Translations under genes and position numbers: made by a program
From: Coriobacteriales bacterium
Lineage (GTDB): Bacteria > Actinomycetota > Coriobacteriia > Coriobacteriales > UMGS124
Assembly: GCA_017515595.1 (NCBI GenBank)
Contig: JAFWFL010000080.1
Coordinates: 1,200 to 65,199 of the forward strand
Direction: 5' to 3'
DNA length: 64,000 bases
Part shown: piece after piece, positions 28,647 through 37,503 of the stretch
Layout: the number at the start of each line of letters is the position of its first letter
Numbering within the stretch: position 1 is the first letter of the stretch
Notes under the pieces: model-generated
Told to the model about the DNA's origin: nothing
The model's database searches: none
The model's input: only the letters and a program-made list of their open reading frames with translations

Positions 28647-29918
28647 TTATGCTCCGCGAGTTCCTCTTGAAGGCGTGATGATATGACGCAGGTCAATATC
28701 TTCCGGCCCCAAGTATTCCGGTTCAGGGGCTGAAGGCTGAGCGGCAGTCTTTGCTTTTTCTGTCTCAAATTCATTAACCGGAACTGCTGAATGAAGCTGG
28801 ATTGACCTGCAGGCATGAGACAGCTCGGCCATAGTGTTTGCGTCTGCCTGTGAAGAATCACACAGAGCAGCCAGCTGAATATAACCATCCTTACCAAATA
28901 CCATGGTTATCCAGCCAACATAGGGTGTGCCCTCAGCCTCTGCGGTAAACGTTACATAATATACATAAGAAGAGTCTACGGCATAGTGCAGCCACTGAAG
29001 CTTCTCGACATTCTTGAGGTGGTTATTTGAGGCGATAAATGAATCAAAGGTTTTATTTGCATCGCTCTCGGGATCGTTCGAAACAGAGCTGTCAATGTAA
29101 ATCTGCAGGTTTGCATCATAGCTATCAGCCGGGATATACGTGATAAGCGTGGTGTCACCAAACCCCTGTGCGAGCGGCTTCCAATCTGCTGCGACCTGAT
29201 AGGTAAATATGTCGTTATCCACTGTAATGAGATGAGTGTCCAATTGAGAAAGCAAATCAGCCGAGAGTGCATTTTGGCCCATGGCGGGTGCAACCGATTC
29301 ATGAAGAATACTGGCCATAAGCAGGTCTTCCTGGTTGTCTGACGGGAATACCGAGAAAACCGTGCTGTATGCGTCTGCGCTAAACACCGTGGTAAACAGT
29401 GCAAGAAGAGACACTCCGTCAGCCTCTCCCACCACACTTGTCATAACAACGGCCGACCCATCAAGTTCATAGCTGCTAAAGCCTGCAATTTGCGGGTTTT
29501 CAAAGCCATATGCAGTCGTAATATCAAGTGCAAGCTTTTGAGCATCCTTAATAAAATCAGTTGATTTATTGGGAACAGGGTTTGTCATAACGCAGAAGCT
29601 CATATCAGAGGACTCAAAAAATGAAATGAGTCCATCCTCAGAGATATTACTTTCCCATATACCCACAACCGGGAAAAATACATACTCGTTGCCAAGCTCA
29701 ATAAGCACCGGAGTATCGGACGGCGCAACAAAGGTATCCTTGGATTCAGACTTGATGCTCTCATCCAGTACCTGGAAAACCTTATCCAGCCCAAATGGGC
29801 TTTTAGTCTCTGAAGCATGCGCATATACCGGCGTTACTACCGCCGTTGCTAACAACCCGCCCATAAGAACAGCTGCGATTTTCTGGACTTGTGCGGACAA
29901 ACTCCGACCTCGAACCAT
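28647..29918 (-). CDS. Secreted hypothetical protein
   Basis: 423 aa. Signal peptide MVRGRSLSAQVQKIAAVLMGGLLATAVVTPVYAHA. No recognisable catalytic motif. SD AAAGGA. Confidence 0.6.
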   Translation of the reverse strand: MVRGRSLSAQVQKIAAVLMGGLLATAVVTPVYAHASETKSPFGLDKVFQVLDESIKSESKDTFVAPSDTPVLIELGNEYVFFPVVGIWESNISEDGLISFFESSDMSFCVMTNPVPNKSTDFIKDAQKLALDITTAYGFENPQIAGFSSYELDGSAVVMTSVVGEADGVSLLALFTTVFSADAYSTVFSVFPSDNQEDLLMASILHESVAPAMGQNALSADLLSQLDTHLITVDNDIFTYQVAADWKPLAQGFGDTTLITYIPADSYDANLQIYIDSSVSNDPESDANKTFDSFIASNNHLKNVEKLQWLHYAVDSSYVYYVTFTAEAEGTPYVGWITMVFGKDGYIQLAALCDSSQADANTMAELSHACRSIQLHSAVPVNEFETEKAKTAAQPSAPEPEYLGPEDIDLRHIITPSRGTRGA

Positions 29919-29999
29919 AAGTCAATCCTTTCAGAGTACCGGACACCAACTCTTTTTACGTACTATAGCAAAAACGCTCTTTAAAGCAAACCGGAGTCT

Positions 30000-31352
30000 T
30001 TAGAACAGCAGGGGCTGGTCAAAAGCATAGAGAGCTTCGTTGATTTCAAATATGTCATAATTGCCCTTAAGGATAAAGTACTCAACAATAACGTCTGCTT
30101 TGCTGCTGCTTGAAAGCGCATATCCCGCACGCTGAAGCAAATCTTCTGTTTCTTCGAGATTGAGTTCGAGGGCAACCGCCAGTGCGAGAGCGGTCTTTTT
30201 GGTAGGACGGTATCCCTCATCACTGCGAATCTTGCTAAACAGCTGCCTGCTCATATTTGCACGCTTGTATACCTGGGCATCTGTTAACCCTCGTGCGTCA
30301 ATAAGAGCAATAAGCGTGGTCGAGAAGGGCTCGTCGAGGCTATCGAGCAGGGCTGCCAAATTCGATGGTTCCCGCACTGACCCCGGAGCTTTTTTCGCTC
30401 CAGAAACGGGAGCACCAAAATCTGCCTGCGGTTCCCACGAGTATTTCTCGGCTGCTTCTTTAGGGGCATAAGAAGACGGGGCTTTTTGCTCACGCGAGCT
30501 ACCTGCAAGTAGCTCTTTGATGCGCGTCGCAATGTTTCTTGCGCCGTCTCCCAAGGTAGATACCGGAGAAGGCATCGCGGAGCGCTTTGATGCTTTGTCC
30601 TGTACACTATCCGGCCTTGCAGAGCCTGATGCACTCCGTGTTTCTTGGTACATACGAGGCTGTGAAGGCTCCGGTTGAGGATAGCCCAGGAGCTCCTCCG
30701 GCATATTGAGAGAATAATCACGGTAAGCCTCTTCAGGCTCAGACAAAAAAACCGATTCTCCCTCAACGCTGCCGGGAAACCTCATACTCTTTGATAAACG
30801 CGACCTAGCACGAGTATCTACATAGTGGTCATCTATATATTCAGCCAGGTCGCTAAAGGCTTTAAGGCCTTCTGTTACCGATTCTTTGTTATAGAGAACG
30901 AGCCTGATTTCAACATCTTCATGCTTATCGAGAAATGTCTCAATGGCGTTGTTGGCAACTGACAGAGCGAGCTTTTGCGGGAATCCATACGTCCCTGCAC
31001 TAATGAGGGGCAAGGCAACTGACTTTGCCCCAGCATCTGTAACTGCACATGACAGAGCATTCATATAAGTGCTGAACAGCAGCTCCTGCTCGTTTGCAGT
31101 CCCGCCCTGCCAAACGGGGCCAACTGCATGAACAATCGTCTTGGCAGGTAAATTGAACCCCGGCGTTGCAACCGCATGACCCGTTCTGCAGGATCCAATT
31201 GCATCACACGCAGCCTGTACCTGCTCAAAACCGGCAGCTTCTGCCACCGCTGCCCCTACGCCACCGGTAATTTTAAGCCGCTCATTGGCTGCCACAACTA
31301 CCGCGTCAACTTTTATATGTGCAAGATCATTGCGCTCTACAAAAAACGGCAT
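30000..31352 (-). CDS. Macro-domain (ADP-ribose/O-acetyl-ADP-ribose binding/hydrolase) protein fused to a C-terminal XRE-like HTH domain
   Basis: The N-terminal ~165 aa (..IKVDAVVVAANERLKITGGVGAAVAEAAG..IVHAVGPVW..VALPLISAGTYGFP) is a MacroD/YmdB-type macro domain. About 170 aa of low-complexity Ser/Pro/Ala-rich linker follow. The C-terminus is LIDARGLTDAQVYKRANMSRQLFSKIRSDEGYRPTKKTALALAVALELNLEETEDLLQRAGYAL (HTH). Confidence 0.8.
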   Translation of the reverse strand: MPFFVERNDLAHIKVDAVVVAANERLKITGGVGAAVAEAAGFEQVQAACDAIGSCRTGHAVATPGFNLPAKTIVHAVGPVWQGGTANEQELLFSTYMNALSCAVTDAGAKSVALPLISAGTYGFPQKLALSVANNAIETFLDKHEDVEIRLVLYNKESVTEGLKAFSDLAEYIDDHYVDTRARSRLSKSMRFPGSVEGESVFLSEPEEAYRDYSLNMPEELLGYPQPEPSQPRMYQETRSASGSARPDSVQDKASKRSAMPSPVSTLGDGARNIATRIKELLAGSSREQKAPSSYAPKEAAEKYSWEPQADFGAPVSGAKKAPGSVREPSNLAALLDSLDEPFSTTLIALIDARGLTDAQVYKRANMSRQLFSKIRSDEGYRPTKKTALALAVALELNLEETEDLLQRAGYALSSSSKADVIVEYFILKGNYDIFEINEALYAFDQPLLF

Positions 31353-31374
31353 AGGAGTTCTCCATATATGTTGA

Positions 31375-33048
31375 TTAGTCTACAACGCCGTCTTGGGTGC
31401 GAATAAGCTTACGCTTGATTTTGCCGCCAATGGTTTTGGGGAGCTCATCTACATACTCAATAATACGAGGATACTTGTAGGGAGCAGTCTCCTTTTTGAC
31501 CCAATTCTGCAGCTCTTTGGTGAGCTCATCGCTGGGATGCCAGCCTTTGGCAAGAACAACGGTAGCCTTAACCACTTTGCCTCTGATGGGGTCAGGAGCT
31601 GCAGTAACGGCGCACTCAATGACAGCGTCATGCTTGACAAGGGCGCTTTCTACCTCAAACGGTCCAATGCGGTATCCCGAGCACTTAATCACGTCATCAT
31701 CGCGGCCAACAAACGAGATATAACCGCCGCTGTCGCGCCAGGCCATATCATGGAGGTTGTACACGTCTCCGCCAACAGTCTCGGCGGTCTTCTCGGGCAT
31801 ACCGTAATAGCCCACAAAGAGTCCGGGCGGGTAGGCGTCTCTCAGGCGGGTTACACAAATGGCGCCTTCTTCGCCGTCCTCAACCTCGTGACCTTCGTCA
31901 TCCAAAAGCTTGATATTAAGCAGAGGGCTCGGCTTGCCCAAAGAACCGGGATGCGGCTCGAGCCAGGGGAAGGTTGCAATTAAAACGGGGCCCTCGGTTT
32001 GGCCAAAGCCCTCACGTACCTTCTTGCCGGTGAACTGCTCCCACTTAATGCTAACCTCAGCGTTCAAGGGCTCGCCTGCGGTGGCAAAGTTCTGAATGCT
32101 GCTCAGATCATAGGCTGCTACGTCTTCCTGCAGCATAAAGCGGTACATGGTGGGCGGAGCGCAGAACGTGGTAAGCTTGTAGTCCTGCATCTTTTGCAAA
32201 AGGTTGGTAGGAATGAACTTGTCCATGTCATAACAAAAGATGGTGGCGCCGCAAATCCATTGGCCGTAGATTTTGCCCCAGCCAAATTTGGCCCAGCCGC
32301 TGTCGGTCACGCTCATGTGGAGCTTGTTTTCCTGTACCTGCTGCCAGTATTTTGCTGTCAAAATGTGGCCGAGCGGGTGAGCATAGTTGTGCATAACCGC
32401 TTTGGGGTTGCCCGTGGTTCCGCTCGTAAAATAGATAAGCATAAGGTCTTTGGAAGTAACTGCGTCAGCGCCTGTGGGGCGTTCCCACTCGTCTGATTCC
32501 TTGCTGAGTATCTCGTCGAACGAAATCCAGCCTTCGCGCTCACCGGCAACAACAACATGCTGCTCAATGGTAGGAGCCTGCTCAAGAGCGCCTTCTGCCT
32601 GGGTGCAGACATAGTCATCATTGATGCAAAGGATCATTTTGACATTTGCGCTTTGGGCGCGGTATACAATGTCCTTGGTGGTAAGTTGCAGCGTTGCGGG
32701 AATAATGGTAGCCCCAAGCTTACACAAGGCTGCGGCAACAACCCAGTACTCCCACCTACGGCGCAAAATGGCCATACAAACATCGCCCTTTTTGATGCCG
32801 AGTTTTTTGAAACCGTTTGCCGCTTTATTGGAAAGACGCGAAATATCGGTAAAGGTAAATGTACGATCCTCACCGTGGTCATTACACCACACCAAAGCGC
32901 GCTTGAGCGGCTCTACGCGGGCCCACTCATCTACCACGTCATAGCCAAAGTTAAAGCTCTCGGGCACATAAATTTGGAAGTTCTCATAAAAGTCCTCGTA
33001 TGAGTCAAACTCTATGCGGGGGCAGTATTTCTTAAGTATATGGTCCAT
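31375..33048 (-). CDS. AMP-forming acyl-CoA synthetase (medium-chain/ACSM-like)
   Basis: 557 aa. AMP-binding motif YFTSGTTGNPKAV, then ..TAGEPLN.., then the A10 motif LPKTIGGKIKRKLIR with the conserved Lys. Confidence 0.88.
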   Translation of the reverse strand: MDHILKKYCPRIEFDSYEDFYENFQIYVPESFNFGYDVVDEWARVEPLKRALVWCNDHGEDRTFTFTDISRLSNKAANGFKKLGIKKGDVCMAILRRRWEYWVVAAALCKLGATIIPATLQLTTKDIVYRAQSANVKMILCINDDYVCTQAEGALEQAPTIEQHVVVAGEREGWISFDEILSKESDEWERPTGADAVTSKDLMLIYFTSGTTGNPKAVMHNYAHPLGHILTAKYWQQVQENKLHMSVTDSGWAKFGWGKIYGQWICGATIFCYDMDKFIPTNLLQKMQDYKLTTFCAPPTMYRFMLQEDVAAYDLSSIQNFATAGEPLNAEVSIKWEQFTGKKVREGFGQTEGPVLIATFPWLEPHPGSLGKPSPLLNIKLLDDEGHEVEDGEEGAICVTRLRDAYPPGLFVGYYGMPEKTAETVGGDVYNLHDMAWRDSGGYISFVGRDDDVIKCSGYRIGPFEVESALVKHDAVIECAVTAAPDPIRGKVVKATVVLAKGWHPSDELTKELQNWVKKETAPYKYPRIIEYVDELPKTIGGKIKRKLIRTQDGVVD

Positions 33049-33083
33049 GATATTTGCTCACTCGCTACCGTTCTCACAAAGCT

Positions 33084-33635
33084 TTACTCGGCAATAATGG
33101 TTACAAACTTGGCGGGGACGTCTCCGCCGCAACGCTGGCCGTGCGGAATTGCTGGATTAAAATAAATGCTGTCGCCGCAATTGAGTTTAAACTCTTTATC
33201 GCCCCAGGTTACAATTACGCAGCCCTCAATAACATAGTTAAACTCCTGCCCGCCGTGATCTACAAGCTTGGCAGGCTCATCGCTCGGGTCAAGCACAACC
33301 AAAAGAGGCTGCATGATTTTATTGCTAAAACGCCAGGCAAGGTCCTCATAGTAATAACCGGGATAACGGTCTACTTCGCGGCCTTCTCCGCAGCGGACAA
33401 CCTGGTATGTGTCGAGCTTTGCGGCCGTGCCGGTTAATACCTCGGTAAACTCAACGCCAAAGCGCCTGGCAATATGGTAAATAGCCGAGATAGGTACGTC
33501 TTCACCGTTTTCTTCCCAACCAAGGTACGTCTCAACGCTTACTCCCAGGTCTTGCGCAATATCCTCGGCAGAAGTATCGCAAGCCTCACGCAACCCGCGA
33601 AGCCGCTCTCCTATAAGCCGCATTTCCTCGACCAT
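33084..33635 (-). CDS. XRE-family HTH regulator with a C-terminal cupin domain
   Basis: N-terminal HTH (IGERLRGLREACDTSAEDIAQDLGVSVETYLGWE). C-terminal cupin (..NYVIEGCVIVTWGDKEFKLNCGDSIYFNPAIPHG). The start is set at ATG 33635, 5 nt after GAGGAG. The track start at 33641 is a GTG. Confidence 0.82.
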   Translation of the reverse strand: MVEEMRLIGERLRGLREACDTSAEDIAQDLGVSVETYLGWEENGEDVPISAIYHIARRFGVEFTEVLTGTAAKLDTYQVVRCGEGREVDRYPGYYYEDLAWRFSNKIMQPLLVVLDPSDEPAKLVDHGGQEFNYVIEGCVIVTWGDKEFKLNCGDSIYFNPAIPHGQRCGGDVPAKFVTIIAE

Positions 33636-33676
33636 ATACACTCCTCACTCTCATACAGCATACATACCAGCCTCAA

Positions 33677-33715
33677 AGAGCACCTTGTTTCAAGAAGGTG
33701 CTCTCTTCATTTTTT
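33677..33715 (+). terminator. Orphan terminator-like hairpin in the divergent promoter region
   Basis: AGAGCACCTT (33677-33686) pairs with AAGGTGCTCT (33695-33704) and is followed by TCATTTTTT. No plus-strand gene lies upstream. It is about 320 nt upstream of the dmsA-like start at 34035. Confidence 0.35.
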
Positions 33716-34034
33716 GATAAATAGTAATTATCGCAAGAAGAGCCTCATATTATATGCAGACATTACGGATATCGGGAAATGTGCATGTGAACAACCACTA
33801 TTCACTGGGGGATGGGTTTTACCAAATGTTAAGTTAGTAAACCTCGTACCTGCATATTCTTAGTAATTCATACATTTTTATGACATGCTTTTTGGACTTT
33901 AGGGTCTTTGGATGATACCCGGAACGGGCTTTGCGGCTCATACTTACAGAACCGGGCGTTTTGGCAATTTGTTTTTTAGTCTTTTGCCACCCACCCGCGG
34001 AGAGAATACCAAAAGGGATCAAGGAGGGAGAAAC

Positions 34035-36701
34035 ATGTCGAAATACCTCGATAAGGCCGCAAGCCCGTCTCTTGACAGGCGCCAGTTCCTACAGGTTGCC
34101 GGAGCGGTAGGCGCGCTCGCAGCGACAGGGCTCGCGGGTATCGACAATTCGCTTGCTTTTGCAGACGAGAATGCCCCAAGCCAGGCAGACCTGGAAGAGG
34201 GCAAATGGGTGCCGTTTAACTGCACCACCATGACCTGCGCATACCGTTGCCTTAACCAGGCATACGTAGTTGACGGTGTGATTACGCGCCAGGGTACAGC
34301 TGACATTCATGAAGATACCGAGGACTTTCCGCAGTTCAGGCCCTGTGCAAAAGGCCTGAGCACGCGTCGCATTGTCACAAGCGCCGAGCGTCTTAAGTAC
34401 CCCATGAAGCGTAAGAACTGGAATCCCGGCGGCCAGGATTACCATCCTGAGCTGCGCGGTGTTGACGAGTGGGAGCGCATTAGCTGGGAAGAGGCTATAG
34501 ACCTGATCGCCGGCGAGTTCACCCGCATTAAGGATGCCTACGGCAACCGTTCATTCCTCTCGCTTGGCGAGCTTGAGCCACACCTTGTTGCAGGACTCAT
34601 TGGCAGCCCCATTCTCAATGCCATTGGCGGATGCCTTACCACCTGGGGCCAGGCCTCACAGGGCGGCTTCCCGGTAGTTGGCTATAAGATGCGCGGCGCC
34701 TGGTCAATGGGTGTTGCCGACTCGCAGGACCGCATTGGTCTCAGGCACTCCAAGCTCATTGTATTCTGGGGTACCAACCCCGCATGGTCCGCAAGCGGCG
34801 GAGACATGCATGCGTTCCTGAGCGCCAAGAAGGCCGGAGCCAAGATTATCTTTATTGACCCTTACTTCAACGAAACCGCAAAAACCGTTGCCGACGAGTG
34901 GATTCCCTGCCATGTTGGCACCGACGGCGCCCTTCTCGAAGCTCTCGCATACGAGATGATTGTCAATAACCTCCAGGATCAGGAATTCCTTGACAAATAC
35001 TGCCTTGGCTTTGACGCTGACCACATGCCCGAGGATGCTAAGACAGACGAGAACTTTAAGGATTACATCCTTGGCACCTATGACGGTATCCCCAAGACGG
35101 CAGAGCGTGCAAGCGAAATCTGCGGCACCCCTGTTGAGATGATCAAGAACCTTGCATACGAGATTGCCACTACCAAGCCCATGGCCTGGAAGTCTTCAGG
35201 CGCTCCAGCACGCACCTATTACGGCAACCGCTATGCACAGCTCTTCTTTACCGTTGGCTGGATGACCGGCAACGTTGGCAAAATTGGCAGCGAAGTTTCT
35301 GCTGGTGCATCCCAGCCCATGAGCCACCTGGGCACCCCCGGCGGTACCGGTATGGTTGCCTACGGCGCTTCCGGATACAAGTATCCGCCTAACCCCATTT
35401 GCACCGAGCCTCGCGGCGGTGGCTATTTCCAGGCTGGATACTACAATCCTGAGCAGGAATATGGTATTCCGTTTACTCAGACCTTTAAAGCAATTGTTGA
35501 CGGCAAGTATGCACTCCCCGGCCCCAACGGCCGCACACAGGAGTGCGACATCCGCTGTATTGTACGTGATGACTGCCACCAGCCGGCAAGCCAGCAGAGC
35601 GGTGGTTGGTATGTTCAGGATGCATTCCGCAAAGAAACCGTTGAGTTTGTACTGGTACAGGACCGCTATCTGGTAACCGACGCACAGTATGCTGACATTG
35701 TACTTCCTGTTACCACCTCTCTTGAGGATGACTACAGCCTGCCGTCACAGCAGGCATCCGAGCTCTGCCTCTTTGGTCAGAAGGTTATTGAGCCTTACTT
35801 TGAGTCCAAGAGCGACCCTGAAATCTTCTTTATGCTCTGCGATAAGCTTGGCATTGGAGAAGACATTGCCCCGCGTATGACCGTAAAGCAATCCCAGATG
35901 AACAAGGTCATGGGCGCCACCATTCTTTCTGAGGACGGCACTCGTGTACCGCTTGTCGCCATTACCCAGGAAGACCTTGACGCCGAGGGCGTAACCGGCG
36001 AACCGCATGACGGCCTGGTACCGTTTGCCGAGTTCAAGGCTAATGGCGGCTATCAGATTGAGCGCAAGGACGGCGACCACTTTATCAATATCTTCCACAA
36101 GGCATTTATTGATGATCCTGAGGCCAATCCTGTGAACACTGCTTCAGGCAAGTATGAGATTTATTGCCAGTCGCTTAAGGATTACTACGAGTGGTGCTGC
36201 TTCAATGACATTGACGCACTTCCTAAGTACAAGGCTGCTCCGCAAGGCGCTGAACAGGCACGCGAAGAAGCAGAGTATAAGTATCAGCTCATCACCCAGC
36301 ATACCATCCGTCATTCACACAGTTCGTTTGGCAATGTCAAACAGCTTGACGAGATGTATCCTATGGACTTTGTTATGAGCGCTTATGATGCCGGGAAGGC
36401 CGGCTTTAAGAAGGGCGACTGGGTACTGGTTACGAGCATGGAAGGCGGCCAGGTTGTGCGCCGTCTCAACGTGATTCCGCAGCTTATGCCCGGTACGGTA
36501 TTCCTGGGCCAGGGCAGCTGGCGTCAGATTGACCAGGCAACCGGCATTGACATGGGCGGAAACACCAACACGCTCTGCCGTAGCGAGCTTTTGGGTGACG
36601 CATATCAGTGCTATAACGGCAACCTTGTTAAGATTGAGCTTTACAACGGACCGACGCCTGAGCTTGACTACAAGCGTGCACCTATCGTAGCAGGACTGTA
36701 A
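34035..36701 (+). CDS. Tat-exported DMSO-reductase-family molybdoenzyme, DmsA-like catalytic subunit (module 2)
   Basis: The start is set at ATG 34035, after AAGGAGGGAG. Tat leader MSKYLDKAASPSLDRRQFLQVAGAVGALAATGLAG. FS0 motif CTTMTCAYRC..C. Blocks ERLKYPMKRKNW, GTYDGIPKTAERASEICG and SGKYEIYC are shared with module 1. Confidence 0.9.
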   Translation: MSKYLDKAASPSLDRRQFLQVAGAVGALAATGLAGIDNSLAFADENAPSQADLEEGKWVPFNCTTMTCAYRCLNQAYVVDGVITRQGTADIHEDTEDFPQFRPCAKGLSTRRIVTSAERLKYPMKRKNWNPGGQDYHPELRGVDEWERISWEEAIDLIAGEFTRIKDAYGNRSFLSLGELEPHLVAGLIGSPILNAIGGCLTTWGQASQGGFPVVGYKMRGAWSMGVADSQDRIGLRHSKLIVFWGTNPAWSASGGDMHAFLSAKKAGAKIIFIDPYFNETAKTVADEWIPCHVGTDGALLEALAYEMIVNNLQDQEFLDKYCLGFDADHMPEDAKTDENFKDYILGTYDGIPKTAERASEICGTPVEMIKNLAYEIATTKPMAWKSSGAPARTYYGNRYAQLFFTVGWMTGNVGKIGSEVSAGASQPMSHLGTPGGTGMVAYGASGYKYPPNPICTEPRGGGYFQAGYYNPEQEYGIPFTQTFKAIVDGKYALPGPNGRTQECDIRCIVRDDCHQPASQQSGGWYVQDAFRKETVEFVLVQDRYLVTDAQYADIVLPVTTSLEDDYSLPSQQASELCLFGQKVIEPYFESKSDPEIFFMLCDKLGIGEDIAPRMTVKQSQMNKVMGATILSEDGTRVPLVAITQEDLDAEGVTGEPHDGLVPFAEFKANGGYQIERKDGDHFINIFHKAFIDDPEANPVNTASGKYEIYCQSLKDYYEWCCFNDIDALPKYKAAPQGAEQAREEAEYKYQLITQHTIRHSHSSFGNVKQLDEMYPMDFVMSAYDAGKAGFKKGDWVLVTSMEGGQVVRRLNVIPQLMPGTVFLGQGSWRQIDQATGIDMGGNTNTLCRSELLGDAYQCYNGNLVKIELYNGPTPELDYKRAPIVAGL

Positions 36702-36732
36702 GCAGCCAACAAAAAAGATTGGAGGCCTGACA

Positions 36733-37371
36733 ATGGCTAAACAGCTTGGTTTTTATATCAATGCCGACAATTGCATAGGCTGCAAGGCGTGCGTTGCAGC
36801 CTGCAAGGATAAGAATGACCTGCCCCTCGGCGAAAAAATGCGCCGCGTATTTGAATACGCCGGTTGTGATTGGGATGTGTCTGAGACGGGCGCCTGCATG
36901 CCGTCAAACTTCTTTGCATACTCGATTTCTATCGCATGTAACCATTGCGCTGAGCCCGCCTGCGTGGCCAGCTGCCCGGTTGGCGCTATGACAAAGCGCG
37001 AAGAAGACGGTATTGTTTACGTTGACAAAGAGCTCTGCATTGGATGCGGAACTTGCGCACAGGTATGCCCATACGGCGCTCCGTACCTTGGTGTTGACGA
37101 TCTCTCATGCAAGTGCGACTTCTGCATGGATCTCATTGACGAGGGCAAAACGCCGTATTGTGTTGCCATTTGCCCCACTCGCTGCCTCGAATTTGGCGAC
37201 ATCGAGGAGCTTCGTGCCAAGTACGGCAACGTTGACGGTATCGAGCCTATTCCTATGAATACCGGTACCATGCCGTCACTCGTCATTGGCACCAACCGTC
37301 TGAACCCCGACGGTTCAATCCCCGGCACACTCATCACCACTGAGCAGGAACTTGTGAGCGAAGCGGTATAA
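36733..37371 (+). CDS. DmsB-like 4x[4Fe-4S] electron-transfer subunit (module 2)
   Basis: 212 aa with CIGCKACVAAC, CNHCAEPACVASCP, CIGCGTCAQVCP and CDFC..CVAICP. SD GGAGG. Confidence 0.9.
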   Translation: MAKQLGFYINADNCIGCKACVAACKDKNDLPLGEKMRRVFEYAGCDWDVSETGACMPSNFFAYSISIACNHCAEPACVASCPVGAMTKREEDGIVYVDKELCIGCGTCAQVCPYGAPYLGVDDLSCKCDFCMDLIDEGKTPYCVAICPTRCLEFGDIEELRAKYGNVDGIEPIPMNTGTMPSLVIGTNRLNPDGSIPGTLITTEQELVSEAV

Positions 37372-37383
37372 TGTAGTATTCAT

Positions 37384-37431
37384 TGACGGGGCAGCACATT
37401 CAGAAATGAGCTTTCTGGCACTGCCCCGTCA
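37384..37431 (+). other. Long GC-rich hairpin between the Fe-S subunit gene and the chaperone gene (module 2)
   Basis: TGACGGGGCAG (37384-37394) pairs with CTGCCCCGTCA (37421-37431). An inner CAGAAA/TTTCTG pair is present. There is no U-tract. Confidence 0.7.
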
Positions 37432-37503
37432 GTGTCTATAATACGCAATAGGCTGTATAATGGCATATATGCGGTTCGTAAGTAAAAAGGAGCAGGTAAG
37501 AAC

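Noticed and set aside
30000-31352. The macro-domain protein as the DarG antitoxin of a DarTG toxin-antitoxin/defence system.
   Set aside because: No DarT (DUF4433) candidate is adjacent. The upstream gene is a standard AMP-forming acyl-CoA synthetase, and the C-terminal domain is an HTH rather than a DarT-binding domain.
33912-34034. A 41-codon extension upstream of the DmsA-like module 2 gene.
   Set aside because: A perfect SD (AAGGAGGGAG) and the Tat leader begin at ATG 34035. The extension would place the RR motif about 60 aa from the N-terminus.
33720-34034. Possible molybdenum-cofactor (Moco) riboswitch in the long region upstream of the dmsA-like gene. I also looked at 26511-26700 for module 1.
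   Set aside because: I could not recognise the conserved Moco-motif helices or loops by eye. Only short generic hairpins are present. This needs an Rfam/Infernal scan and is not claimed.
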